A DNA stretch of 33,669 nucleotides from Utricularia gibba (Eukaryota > Plantae > Magnoliophyta). Each line of letters opens with the position of its first letter. Positions within the stretch are counted from its first letter, which is position 1. Below the pieces are notes generated by a model, which worked only from the letters and a program-made list of their open reading frames with translations, was not told where the DNA came from and did not search any database. A program made the position numbers and the translations under genes. Below, piece by piece: positions 14,941-27,900 of the stretch. The stretch covers positions 1-33,669 of the forward strand of contig NEEC01000123.1 of NCBI GenBank assembly GCA_002189035.1, read 5' to 3'.

Positions 14941-17900
14941 CAGATCCTAACTCTTCATAGCACACCATTGGGAAGCCCGATTCGAGCTCCAAGTAGTATA
15001 ATTTGGAGTTTCGTTTGTCCGATAACTGTGGACATATTAAAAACAAACCACAACGAAAAGTGTCTTACGTGTCCTTCCTTGGTGGCTGCGTTTAATATTG
15101 TGCTTCTCGTTCTCGAAATTGATGCAAGCAAGATACACGGAAAAAGAATCAAATAGCCACTAGAGACATGGTGTATGGGAATGGTGCATCAAGAATCAGA
15201 AGTATCATGGCAACTAATTGAATCAATCAACAGCCAAAACATATGGTGTCAAACTTCATCGGATATGCGATCAAGATGGAAAAAAGTCACATGTTACATC
15301 ATGAATTTCGTGGCATCACTTATCCCAACACTATTATACTCCAGGTACGCAAAAATGTTTACTTTTAACGAATCCAGTGCACGTGTGATTTTTAGGCTGC
15401 ACCCCGAATGGTGATGCGCAATGAAATGACTAGGTCGCACATCCTGGTCCACGAAGCACCTCTTCCAAAACATGCAGATCCTAACTCTTCATAGCACACC
15501 ATTGGGAAGCCCGATTCGAGCTCCAAGTAGTATAATTTGGAGTTTCGTTTGTCCGATAACTGTGGACATATTAAAAACAAACCACAACGAAAAGTGTCTT
15601 ACGTGTCCTTCCTTGGTGGCTGCGTTTAATATTGTGCTTCTCGTTCTCGAAATTGATGCAAACAAGATACACGGAAAAGAATCAAATAGCCACTAGAGAC
15701 ATGGTGTATGGGAATGGTGCATCAAGAATCAGAAGTATCATGGCAACTAATTGAATCAATCAACAGCCAAAACATATGGTGTCAAACTTCATCGGATATG
15801 CGATCAAGATGGAAAAAAGTCACATGTTACATCATGAATTTCGTGGCATCACTTATCCCAACACTATTATACTCCAGGTACGCAAAAATGTTTACTTTTA
15901 ACGAATCCAGTGCACGTGTGATTTTTAGGCTGCACCCCGAATGGTGATGCGCAATGAAATGACTAGGTCGCACATCCTGGTCCACGAAGCACCTCTTCCA
16001 AAACATGCAGATCCTAACTCTTCATAGCACACCATTGGGAAGCCCGATTCGAGCTCCAAGTAGTATAATTTGGAGTTTCGTTTGTCCGATAACTGTGGAC
16101 ATATTAAAAACAAACCACAACGAAAAGTGTCTTACGTGTCCTTCCTTGGTGGCTGCGTTTAATATTGTGCTTCTCGTTCTCGAAATTGATGCAAAAGATA
16201 CACGGCAAAAGAATCAAATAGCCACTAGAGACATGGTGTATGGGAATGGTGCATCAAGAATCAGAAGTATCATAGCAACTAATTGAATCAATCAACAGCC
16301 AAAACATATGGTGTCAAACTTCATCGGATATGCGATCAAGATGGAAAAAAGTCACATGTTACATCATGAATTTCGTGGCATCACTTATCCCAACACTATT
16401 TATACTCAGGTACGCAAAATGTTTACTTTTAACGAATCCAGTGCACGTGTGATTTTTAGGCTGCACCCCGAATGGTGATGCGCAATGAAATGACTATGTC
16501 GCACATCCTGGTCCACGAAGCACCTCTTCCAAAACATGCAGATCCTAACTCTTCATAGCACACCATTGGGAAGCCCGATTCGAGCTCCAAGTAGTATAAT
16601 TTGGAGTTTCGTTTGTCCGATAACTGTGGACATATTAAAAACAAACCACAACGAAAAGTGTCTTACGTGTCCTTCCTTGGTGGCTGCGTTTAATATTGTG
16701 CTTCTCGTTCTCGAAATTGATGCAAAAGATACACGGCAAAAGAATCAAATAGCCACTAGAGACATGGTGTAAGGGAATGGTGCATCAAGAATCAGAAGTA
16801 TCATAGCAACTAATTGATCAATCAACAGCCAAAACATATGGTGTCAAACTTCATCGGATATGCGATCAAGATGGAAAAAAGTCACATGTTACATCATGAA
16901 TTTCGTGGCATCACTTATCCCAACACTATTATACACCAGGTACGCAAAAATGTTTACTTTTAACGAATCCAGTGCACGTGTGATTTTTAGGCTGCACCCC
17001 GAATGGTGATGCGCAATGAAATGACTAGGTCGCACATCCTGGTCCACGAAGCACCTCTTCCAAAACATGCAGATCCTAACTCTTCATAGCACACCATTGG
17101 GAAGCCCGATTCGAGCTCCAAGTAGTATAATTTGGAGTTTCGTTTGTCCGATAACTGTGGACATATTAAAAACAAACCACAACGAAAAGTGTCTTACGTG
17201 TCCTTCCTTGGTGGCTGCGTTTAATATTGTGCTTCTCGTTCTCGAAATTGATGCAAACAAGATACACGGCAAAAGAATCAAATAGCCACTAGAGACATGG
17301 TGTATGGGAATGGTGCATCAAGAATCAGAAGTATCATGGCAACTAATTGAATCAATCAACAGCCAAAACATATGGTGTCAAACTTCATCGGATATGCGAT
17401 CAAGATGGAAAAAAGTCACATGTTACATCATGAATTTCGTGGCATCACTTATCCCAACACTATTATACTCCAGGTACGCAAAAATGTTTACTTTTAACGA
17501 ATCCAGTGCACGTGTGATTTTTAGGCTGCACCCCGAATGGTGATGCGCAATGAAATGACTAGGTCGCACATCCTGGTCCACGAAGCACCTCTTCCAAAAC
17601 ATGCAGATCCTAACTCTTCATAGCACACCATTGGGAAGCCCGATTCGAGCTCCAAGTAGTATAATTTGGAGTTTCGTTTGTCCGATAACTGTGGACATAT
17701 TAAAAACAAACCACAACGAAAAGTGTCTTACGTGTCCTTCCTTGGTGGCTGCGTTTAATATTGTGCTTCTCGTTCTCGAAATTGATGCAAACAAGATACA
17801 CGGCAAAAGAATCAAATAGCCACTAGAGACATGGTGTAAGGGAATGGTGCATCAAGAATCAGAAGTATCATAGCAACTAATTGAATCAATCAACAGCCAA

Positions 17901-20708
17901 AACATATGGTGTCAAACTTCATCGGATATGCGATCAAGATGGAAAAAAGTCACATGTTACATCATGAATTTCGTGGCATCACTTATCCCAACACTATATA
18001 CTCCAGGTACGCAAAATGTTTACTTTTAACGAATCCAGTGCACGTGTGATTTTTAGGCTGCACCCCGAATGGTGATGCGCAATGAAATGACTAGTCGCAC
18101 ATCCTGGTCCACGAAGCACCTCTTCCAAAACATGCAGATCCTAACTCTTCATAGCACACCATTGGGAAGCCCGATTCGAGCTCCAAGTAGTATAATTTGG
18201 AGTTTCGTTTGTCCGATAACTGTGGACATATTAAAAACAAACCACAACGAAAAGTGTCTTACGTGTCCTTCCTTGGTGGCTGCGTTTAATATTGTGCTTC
18301 TCGTTCTCGAAATTGATGCAACAAGATACACGGAAAAGAATCAAATAGCCACTAGAGACATGGTGTATGGGAATGGTGCATCAAGAATCAGAAGTATCAT
18401 GGCAACTAATTGAATCAATCAACAGCCAAAACATATGGTGTCAAACTTCATCGGATATGCGATCAAGATGGAAAAAAGTCACATGTTACATCATGAATTT
18501 CGTGGCATCACTTATCCCAACACTATTATACTCAGGTACGCAAAAATGTTTACTTTTAACGAATCCAGTGCACGTGTGATTTTTAGGCTGCACCCGAATG
18601 GTGATGCGCAATGAAATGACTATGTCGCACATCCTGGTCCACGAAGCACCTCTTCCAAAACATGCAGATCCTAACTCTTCATAGCACACCATTGGGAAGC
18701 CCTATTCGAGCTCCAAGTAGTATAATTTGGAGTTACGTTTGTCCGATAACTGTGGACATATTAAAAACAAACCACAACGAAAAGTGTCTTACGTGTCCTT
18801 CCTTGGTGGCTGCGTTTAATATGTGCTTCTCGTTCTCGAAATTGATGCAAATGGGATACACGGCAAAAGAATCAAATAGCCACTAGAGACATGGTGTAAG
18901 GGAATGGTGCATCAAGAATCAGAAGTATCATAGCAACTAATTGATCAATCAACAGCCAAAACATATGGTGTCAAACTTCATCGGATATGCGATCAAGATG
19001 GAAAAAAGTCACATGTTACATCATGAATTTCGTGGCATCACTTATCCCAACACTATTATACTCCAGGTACGCAAAAATGTTTACTTTTAACGAATCCAGT
19101 GCACGTGTGATTTTTAGGCTGCACCCCGAATGGTGATGCGCAATGAAATGACTAGGTCGCACATCCTGGTCCACGAAGCACCTCTTCCAAAACATGCAGA
19201 TCCTAACTCTTCATAGCACACCATTGGGAAGCCCGATTCGAGCTCCAAGTAGTATAATTTGGAGTTTCGTTTGTCCGATAACTGTGGACATATTAAAAAC
19301 AAACCACAACGAAAAGTGTCTTACGTGTCCTTCCTTGGTGGCTGCGTTTAATATTGTGCTTCTCGTTCTCGAAATTGATGCAAACAAGATACACGGCAAA
19401 AGAATCAAATAGCCACTAGAGACATGGTGTAAGGGAATGGTGCATCAAGAATCAGAAGTATCATGGCAACTAATTGAATCAATCAACAGCCAAACATATG
19501 GTGTCAAACTTCATCGGATATGCGATCAAGATGGAAAAAAGTCACATGTTACATCATGAATTTCGTGGCATCACTTATCCCAACACTATTATACTCCAGG
19601 TACGCAAATGTTTATTTTTAACGAATCCAGTGCACGTGTGATTTTTAGGCTGCACCCCGAATGGTGATGCGCAATGAAATGACTATGTCGCACATCCTGG
19701 TCCACGAAGCACCTCTTCCAAAACATGCAGATCCTAACTCTTCATAGCACACCATTGGGAAGCCCGATTCGAGCTCCAAGTAGTATAATTTGGAGTTTCG
19801 TTTGTCCATAACTGTGGACATATTAAAAACAAACCACAACGAAAAGTGTCTTACGTGTCCTTCCTTGGTGGCTGCGTTTAATATTGTGCTTCTCGTTCTC
19901 GAAATTGATGCAAACAAGATACACGGCAAAAGAATCAAATAGCCACTAGAGACATGGTGTATGGGAATGGTGCATCAAGAATCAGAAGTATCATAGCAAC
20001 TAATTGCATCAATCAACAGCCAAAACATATGGTGTCAAACTTCATCGGATATGCGATCAAGATGGAAAAAAGTCACATGTTACATCATGAATTTCGTGGC
20101 ATCACTTATCCCAACACTATTATACTCCAGGTACGCAAAATGTTTACTTTTAACGAATCCAGTGCACGTGTGATTTTTAGGCTGCACCCCGAATGGTGAT
20201 GCGCAATGAAATGACTATGTCGCACATCCTGGTCCACGAAGCACCTCTTCCAAAACATGCAGATCCTAACTCTTCATAGCACACCATTGGGAAGCCCTAT
20301 TCGTGCTCCAAGTAGTATAATTTGGAGTTTCGTTTGTCCGATAACTGTGGACATATTAAAAACAAACCACAACGAAAAGTGTCTTACGTGTCCTTCCTTG
20401 GTGGCTGCGTTTAATATTGTGCTTCTCGTTCTCGAAATTGATGCAAACAAGATACACGGCAAAAGAATCAAATAGCCACTAGAGACATGGTGTATGGGAA
20501 TGGTGCATCAAGAATCAGAAGTATCATGGCAACTAATTGAATCAATCAACAGCCAAAACATATGGTGTCAAACTTCATCGGATATGCGATCAAGATGGAA
20601 AAAAGTCACATGTTACATCATGAATTTCGTGGCATCACTTATCCCAACATATATACTCCAGGTACGCAAAAATGTTTACTTTTAACGAATCCAGTGCACG
20701 TGTGATTT

Positions 20709-21195
20709 TTAGGCTGCACCCCGAATGGTGATGCGCAATGAAATGACTATGTCGCACATCCTGGTCCACGAAGCACCTCTTCCAAAACATGCAGATCCTA
20801 TACTCTATCAAGTAGCACACCATTGTGGGTGGCTGCGTTTAATATGTGCTTCTCGTTCTCGAAATTGATGCAAAAGATACACGGAAAAGAATCAATAGCC
20901 ACTAGAGACATGGTGTAAGGGAATGGTGCATCAAGAATCAGAAGTATCATGGCAGTTGAATCAATCAACACCATCAAAATGTGTACATATTATCATCAAT
21001 GCCACAACGAAGAAATGGTCTTACGAAAGTCCATGTTGGTGGCTGCGTTTGGCATCACTGCTTATCCCAACAAATTGATGCAAAAGATACACGGCAAAAG
21101 AATCAAATAGCCACTAGAGACATGGTGTAAGGGCCATGGTACGCAACTCAAGAATCACTTTTAACGAATCACAGTGCACGCGTGATCAACATAGG
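20709..21195. repeat. Rearranged/mosaic monomer (~482 bp): ~108 nt deletion followed by an interleaved two-register mosaic
   Basis: cattg (20821) joins almost directly to ggtggctgcg. The ~60-nt block aaattgatgcaaaagatac...gtaaggg occurs at both 20862 and 21072. Around the second copy, short pieces from two parts of the monomer alternate. Confidence 0.88.
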
Positions 21196-21769
21196 CTGCA
21201 CCCCGAATGGTGATGCGCAATGAAATGACTATGTCGCACATCCCACGAAGCACCTCTTCCAAACATGCAGATCCTAACTCTTCATAGCACACCATTGGGA
21301 GCCTTTCGTGCTCCAAGTAGTATAATTGGAGTTACGTTTGTCCATAACTGTGGACATATTAAAAACAAACCACAACGAAAAGTGTCTTACGTGTCCTTCC
21401 TTGGTGGCTGCGTTTAATAATGTGCTTCTCGTTCTCGAAATTGATGCAAACATACACGGCAAAAGAATCAAATAGCCACTAGAGACATGGTGTAAGGGAA
21501 TGGTGCATCAAGAATCAGAAGTATCATAGCAACTAATTGCATCAATCAACAGCCAAAACATATGGTGTCAAACTTCATCGGATATGCGATCAAGATGGAA
21601 AAAAGTCACATGTTACATCATGAATTTCGTGGCATCACTTATCCCAACACTATTATACTCAGGTATGCAAAAATTTTATTTTTAACAAATCCGGTGCACG
21701 TGTGATTTTTAGGCTGCACCCCGAATGGTGATGCGCAATGAAATGACTATGTCGCACATCCTGGTCCAC

Positions 21770-21945
21770 GCACGTGTGAACATGCAGAATGGTGAACTCT
21801 TCAATGAGCAATGACTAGGTCGCACATCCTGAGCTCCACGAGCACCATCTTCCAGTTACGTTTGTCTCTAACTGTCACCACATTGGGAAGCCCGATTCGA
21901 GCTCCAAGTAGTATAATTTGGAGTTTTACGTGTCCGATAAATATG
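21770..21945. repeat. Interleaved two-register mosaic within a monomer of near-normal length (527 bp)
   Basis: Fragments cacgtgtga / acatgcag / aatggtga / actcttca / atgactaggtcgcacatcct / gagctcc / gttacgtttgtc / cattgggaagcccgattcgagctcc alternate between two offsets of the monomer. Confidence 0.88.
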
Positions 21946-24900
21946 TGCTTCTCGTTCTCGAAATTGATGCAAATGGGATACACGGCAAAAGAATCAAATA
22001 GCCACTAGAGACATGGTGTATGGGAATGGTGCATCAAGAATCAGAAGTATCATGGCAACTAATTGCATCAATCAACAGCCAAAACATATGGTGTCAAACT
22101 TCATCGGATATGCGATCAAGATGGAAAAAAGTCACATGTTACATCATGAATTTCGTGGCATCACTTATCCCAACACTATTATACTCCAGGTACGCAAAAT
22201 GTTTACTTTTAACGAATCCAGTGCACGTGTGATTTTTAGGCTGCACCCCGAATGGTGATGCGCAATGAAATGACTATGTCGCACATCCTGGTCGAAGCAC
22301 CTCTTCCAAAACATGCAGATCCTAACTCTTCATAGCACACCATTGGGAAGCCCGATTCGAGCTCCAAGTAGTATAATTTGGAGTTTCGTTTGTCCGATAA
22401 CTGTGGACATATTAAAAACAAACCACAACGAAAAGTGTCTTACGTGTCCTTCCTTGGTGGCTGCGTTTAATATTGTGCTTCTCGTTCTCGAAATTGATGC
22501 AAAAGATACACGGCAAAAGAATCAAATAGCCACTAGAGACATGGTGTAAGGGAATGGTGCATCAAGAATCAGAAGTATCATGGCAACTAATTGAATCAAT
22601 CAACAGCCAAAACATATGGTGTCAAACTTCATCGGATATGCGATCAAGATGGAAAAAAGTCACATGTTACATCATGAATTTCGTGGCATCACTTATCCCA
22701 ACACTATTATACTCAGGTACGCAAAAATGTTTACTTTTAACGAATCCAGTGCACGTGTGATTTTTAGGCTGCACCCCGAATGGTGATGCGCAATGAAATG
22801 ACTATGTCGCACATCCTGGTCCACGAAGCACCTCTTCCAAAACATGCAGATCCTAACTCTTCATAGCACACCATTGGGAAGCCCTATTCGAGCTCCAAGT
22901 AGTATAATTTGGAGTTACGTTTGTCCGATAACTGTGGACATATTAAAAACAAACCACAACGAAAAGTGTCTTACGTGTCCTTCCTTGGTGGCTGCGTTTA
23001 ATAATGTGCTTCTCGTTCTCGAATTGATGCAAATGGGATACACGGCAAAAAATCAAATAGCCACTAGAGACATGGTGTAAGGGAATGGTGCATCAAGAAT
23101 CAGAAGTATCATGGCAACTAATTGCATCAATCAAGCCAAAACATATGGTGTCAAACTTCATCGGATATGCGATCAAGATGGAAAAAAGTCACATGTTACA
23201 TCATGAATTTCGTGGCATCACTTATCCCAACACTATTATACACCAGGTACGCAAAAATGTTTACTTTTAACGAATCCAGTGCACGTGTGATTTTTAGGCT
23301 GCACCCGAATGGTGATGCGCAATGAAATGACTAGGTCGCACATCCTGGTCCACGAAGCACCTCTTCCAAAACATGCAGATCCTAACTCTTCATAGCACAC
23401 CATTGGGAAGCCCGATTCGAGCTCCAAGTAGTATAATTTGGAGTTCGTTTGTCCGATAACTGTGGACATATTAAAAACAAACCACAACGAAAAGTGTCTT
23501 ACGTGTCCTTCCTTGGTGGCTGCGTTTAATATTGTGCTTCTCGTTCTCGAATTGATGCAAACAAGATACACGGCAAAAGAATCAAATAGCCACTAGAGAC
23601 ATGTTGTAAGGGAATGGTGCATCAAGAATCAGAAGTATCATAGCAACTAATTGCATCAATCAACTGCCAAAACATATGGTGTCAAACTTCATCGGATATG
23701 CGATCAAGATGGAAAAAAGTCACATGTTACATCATGAATTTCGTGGCATCACTTATCCCAACACTATTTATACTCAGGTACGCAAAAATGTTTATTTTTA
23801 ACGAATCCAGTGCACGTGTGATTTTTAGGCTGCACCCCGAATGGTGATGCGCAATGAAATGACTATGTCGCACATCCTGGTCCACGAAGCACCTCTTCCA
23901 AAACATGCAGATCCTAACTCTTCATAGCACACCATTGGGAAGCCCTATTCGTGCTCCAAGTAGTATAATTTGGAGTTACGTTTGTCCCATAACTGTGGAC
24001 ATATTAAAAACAAACCACAACGAAAAGTGTCTTACGTGTCCTTCCTTGGTGGCTGCGTTTAATATTGTGCTTCTCGTTCTCGAAATTGATGCAAATGGAT
24101 ACACGGCAAAAGAATCAAACCACTAGAGACATGTTGTAAGGGAATGGTGCATCAAGAATCAGAAGTATCATAGCAACTAATTGCATCAATCAACTGCCAA
24201 AACGTATGGTGTCAAACTTCATCGGATATGCGATCAAGATGGAAAAAAGTCACATGTTACATCATGAATTTCGTGGCATCACTTATCCCAACACTGTTGT
24301 ATACTCAGGTATGCGTAAATATTTATTTTTAACAAAATCCAGTGCACGTGTGATTTTTAGGCTGCACCCCGAATGGTGATGCGCAATGAAATGACTATGT
24401 CGCACATCCTGGTCCACGAAGCACCTCTTCCAAAACATGCAGATCCTAACTCTTCATAGCACACCATTGGGAAGCCCTATTCGTGCTCCAAGTAGTATAA
24501 TTTGGAGTTACGTTTGTCCATAACTTTGGACATATTAAAAACAAACCACAACGAAAAGTGTCTTACGTGTCCTTCCTTGGTGGCTGCGTTTAATAATGTG
24601 CTTCTCGTTCTCGAAATTGATGCAATGGGATACACGGCAAAAGAATCAAATAGCCACTAGAGACATGGTGTATGGGAATGGTGCATCAAGAATCAGAAGT
24701 ATCATAGCAACTAATTGCATCAATCAACAGCCAAAACATATGGTGTCAAACTTCATCGGATATGCGATCAAGATGGAAAAAAGTCACATGTTACATCATG
24801 AATTTCGTGGCATCACTTATCCCAACACTATTATACTCAGGTACGCAAAAATGTTTACTTTTAACGAATCCAGTGCACGTGTGATTTTTAGGCTGCACCC

Positions 24901-27900
24901 CGAATGGTGATGCGCAATGAAATGACTATGTCGCACATCCTGGTCCACGAAGCACCTCTTCCAAAATGCAGATCCTAACTCTTCATAGCACACCATTGGG
25001 AAGCCCGATTCGAGCTCCAAGTAGTATAATTTGGAGTTTCGTTTGTCCGATAACTGTGGACATATTAAAAACAAACCACAACGAAAAGTGTCTTACGTGT
25101 CCTTCCTTGGTGGCTGCGTTTAATATTGTGCTTCTCGTTCTCGAAATTGATGCAAAAGATACACGGCAAAAGAATCAAATAGCCACTAGAGACATGGTGT
25201 AAGGGAATGGTGCATCAAGAATCAGAAGTATCATGGCAACTAATTGCATCAATCAACAGCCAAACATATGGTGTCAAACTTCATCGGATATGCGATCAAG
25301 ATGGAAAAAAGTCACATGTTACATCATGAATTTCGTGGCATCACTTATCCAACACTATTATACACCAGGTACGCAAAATGTTTACTTTTAACGAATCCAG
25401 TGCACGTGTGATTTTTAGGGCTGCACCCGAATGGTGATGCGCAATGAAATGACTAGTCGCACATCCTGGTCCACGAAGCACCTCTTCCAAAACATGCAGA
25501 TCCTAACTCTTCATAGCACCATTGGGAAGCCCGATTCGAGCTCCAAGTAGTATAATTTGGAGTTTCGTTTGTCCGATAACTGTGGACATATTAAAAACAA
25601 ACCACAACGAAAGTGTCTTACGTGTCCTTCCTTGGTGGCTGCGTTTAATATTGTGCTTCTCGTTCTCGAAATTGATGCAAACAAGATACACGGCAAAAGA
25701 ATCAAATAGCCCACTAGAGACATGGTGTAAGGGAATGGTGCATCAAGAATCAGAAGTATCATAGCAACTAATTGCATCAATCAACAGCCAAACATATGTG
25801 TCAAACTTCATCGGATATGCGATCAAGATGGAAAAAAGTCACATGTTACATCATGAATTTCGTGGCATCACTTATCCCAACACTATATACTCAGGTATGC
25901 GTAAATATTTATTTTTAACGAATCCAGTGCACGTGTGATTTTTAGGCTGCACCCGAATGGTGATGCGCAATGAAATGACTAGTCGCACATCCTGGTCCAC
26001 GAAGCACCTCTTCCAAAACATGCAGATCCTAACTCTTCATAGCACACCATTGGGAAGCCCGATTCGTGCTCCAAGTAGTATAATTTGGAGTTTCGTTTGT
26101 CCCATAACTGTGGACATATTAAAAACAAACCACAACGAAAAGTGTCTTACGTGTCCTTCCTTGGTGGCTGCGTTTAATAATGTGCTTCTCGTTCTCGAAA
26201 TTGATGCAAAAGATACACGGCAAAAGAATCAAATAGCCACTAGAGACATGTGTAAGGGAATGGTGCATCAAGAATCAGAAGTATCATAGCAACTAATTGC
26301 ATCAATCAACAGCCAAACATATGGTGTCAAACTTCATCGGATATGCGATCAAGATGGAAAAAAGTCACATGTTACATCATGAATTTCGTGGCATCACTTA
26401 TCCCAACACTATTATACTCCAGGTACGCAAAAATGTTTACTTTTAACGAATCCAGTGCACGTGTGATTTTTAGGCTGCACCCCGAATGGTGATGCGCAAT
26501 GAAATGACTATGTCGCACATCCTGGTCCACGAAGCACCTCTTCCAAAACATGCAGATCTAACTCTTCATAGCACACCATTGGGAAGCCCTATTCGTGCTC
26601 CAAGTAGTATAATTTGGAGTTACGTTTGTCCATAACTTTGGACATATTAAAAACAAACCACAACGAAAAGTGTCTTACGCGTCCTTCCTTGGTGGCTGCG
26701 TTTAATAATGTGCTTCTCGTTCTCGAAATTGATGCAAATGGGATACACGGCAAAAGAATCAAATAGCCACTAGAGACATGGTGTAAGGGAATGGTGCATC
26801 AAGAATCAGAAGTATCATAGCAACTAATTGCATCAATCAACTGCCAAAACATATGGTGTCAAACTTCATCGGATATGCGATCAAGATGGAAAAAAGTCAC
26901 ATGTTACATCATGAATTTCGTGGCATCACTTATCCCAACACTATTATACACCAGGTACGCAAAAATGTTTACTTTTAACGAATCCAGTGCACGTGTGATT
27001 TTTAGGCTGCACCCCGAATGGTGATGCGCAATGAAATGACTATGTCGCACATCCTGGTCCACGAAGCACCTCTTCCAAAACATGCAGATCCTAACTCTTC
27101 ATAGCACACCATTGGGAAGCCCGATTCGAGCTCCAAGTAGTATAATTTGGAGTTTCGTTTGTCCGATAACTGTGGACATATTAAAAACAAACCACAACGA
27201 AAAGTGTCTTACGTGTCCTTCCTTGGTGGCTGCGTTTAATAATGTGCTTCTCGTTCTCGAAATTGATGCAAACAAGATACACGGCAAAAGATCAAATAGC
27301 CACTAGAGACATGGTGTAAGGGAATGGTGCATCAAGAATCAGAAGTATCATAGCAACTAATTGCATCAATCAACAGCCAAAATATTGTGTCAAACTTCAT
27401 CGGATATGCGATCAAGATGGAAAAAAGTCACATGTTACATCATGAATTTCGTGGCATCACTTATCCCAACACTATTATACTCCAGGTACGCAAAAATGTT
27501 TACTTTTAACGAATCCAGTGCACGTGTGATTTTTAGGCTGCACCCCGAATGGTGATGCGCAATGAAATGACTAGGTCGCACATCCTGGTCCACGAAGCAC
27601 CTCTTCCAAAACATGCAGATCCTAACTCTTCATAGCACACCATTGGGAAGCCCTATTCGTGCTCCAAGTAGTATAATTTGGAGTTACGTTTGTCCGATAA
27701 CTGTGGACATATTAAAAACAAAACCACAACGAAAAGTGTCTTACGTGTCCTTCCTTGGTGGCTGCGTTTAATAATGTGCTTCTCGTTCTCGAAATTGATG
27801 CAAATGGGATACACGGCAAAAGAATCAATAACCACTAGAGACATGTTGTAAGGGAATGGTGCATCAAGAATCAGAAGTATCATAGCAACTAATTGCATCA

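Larger units (their letters stand above)
590..18582. repeat. Sub-array dominated by haplotype A monomers
   Basis: Most copies carry gactaGgtcg, cccGattcgAgctcc, ggagttTcg, ccGataactGtgg, aataTtgtgc, gcaaACAAgatac, gtaTggg, tcatGgcaac and attgAatc. Confidence 0.9.

Noticed and set aside
25412-25420. Perfect TTTAGGG plant telomere heptamer (TTTAGGC in the other copies)
   Set aside because: It is a single occurrence created by a 1-nt insertion in one copy. There is no tandem telomeric tract.
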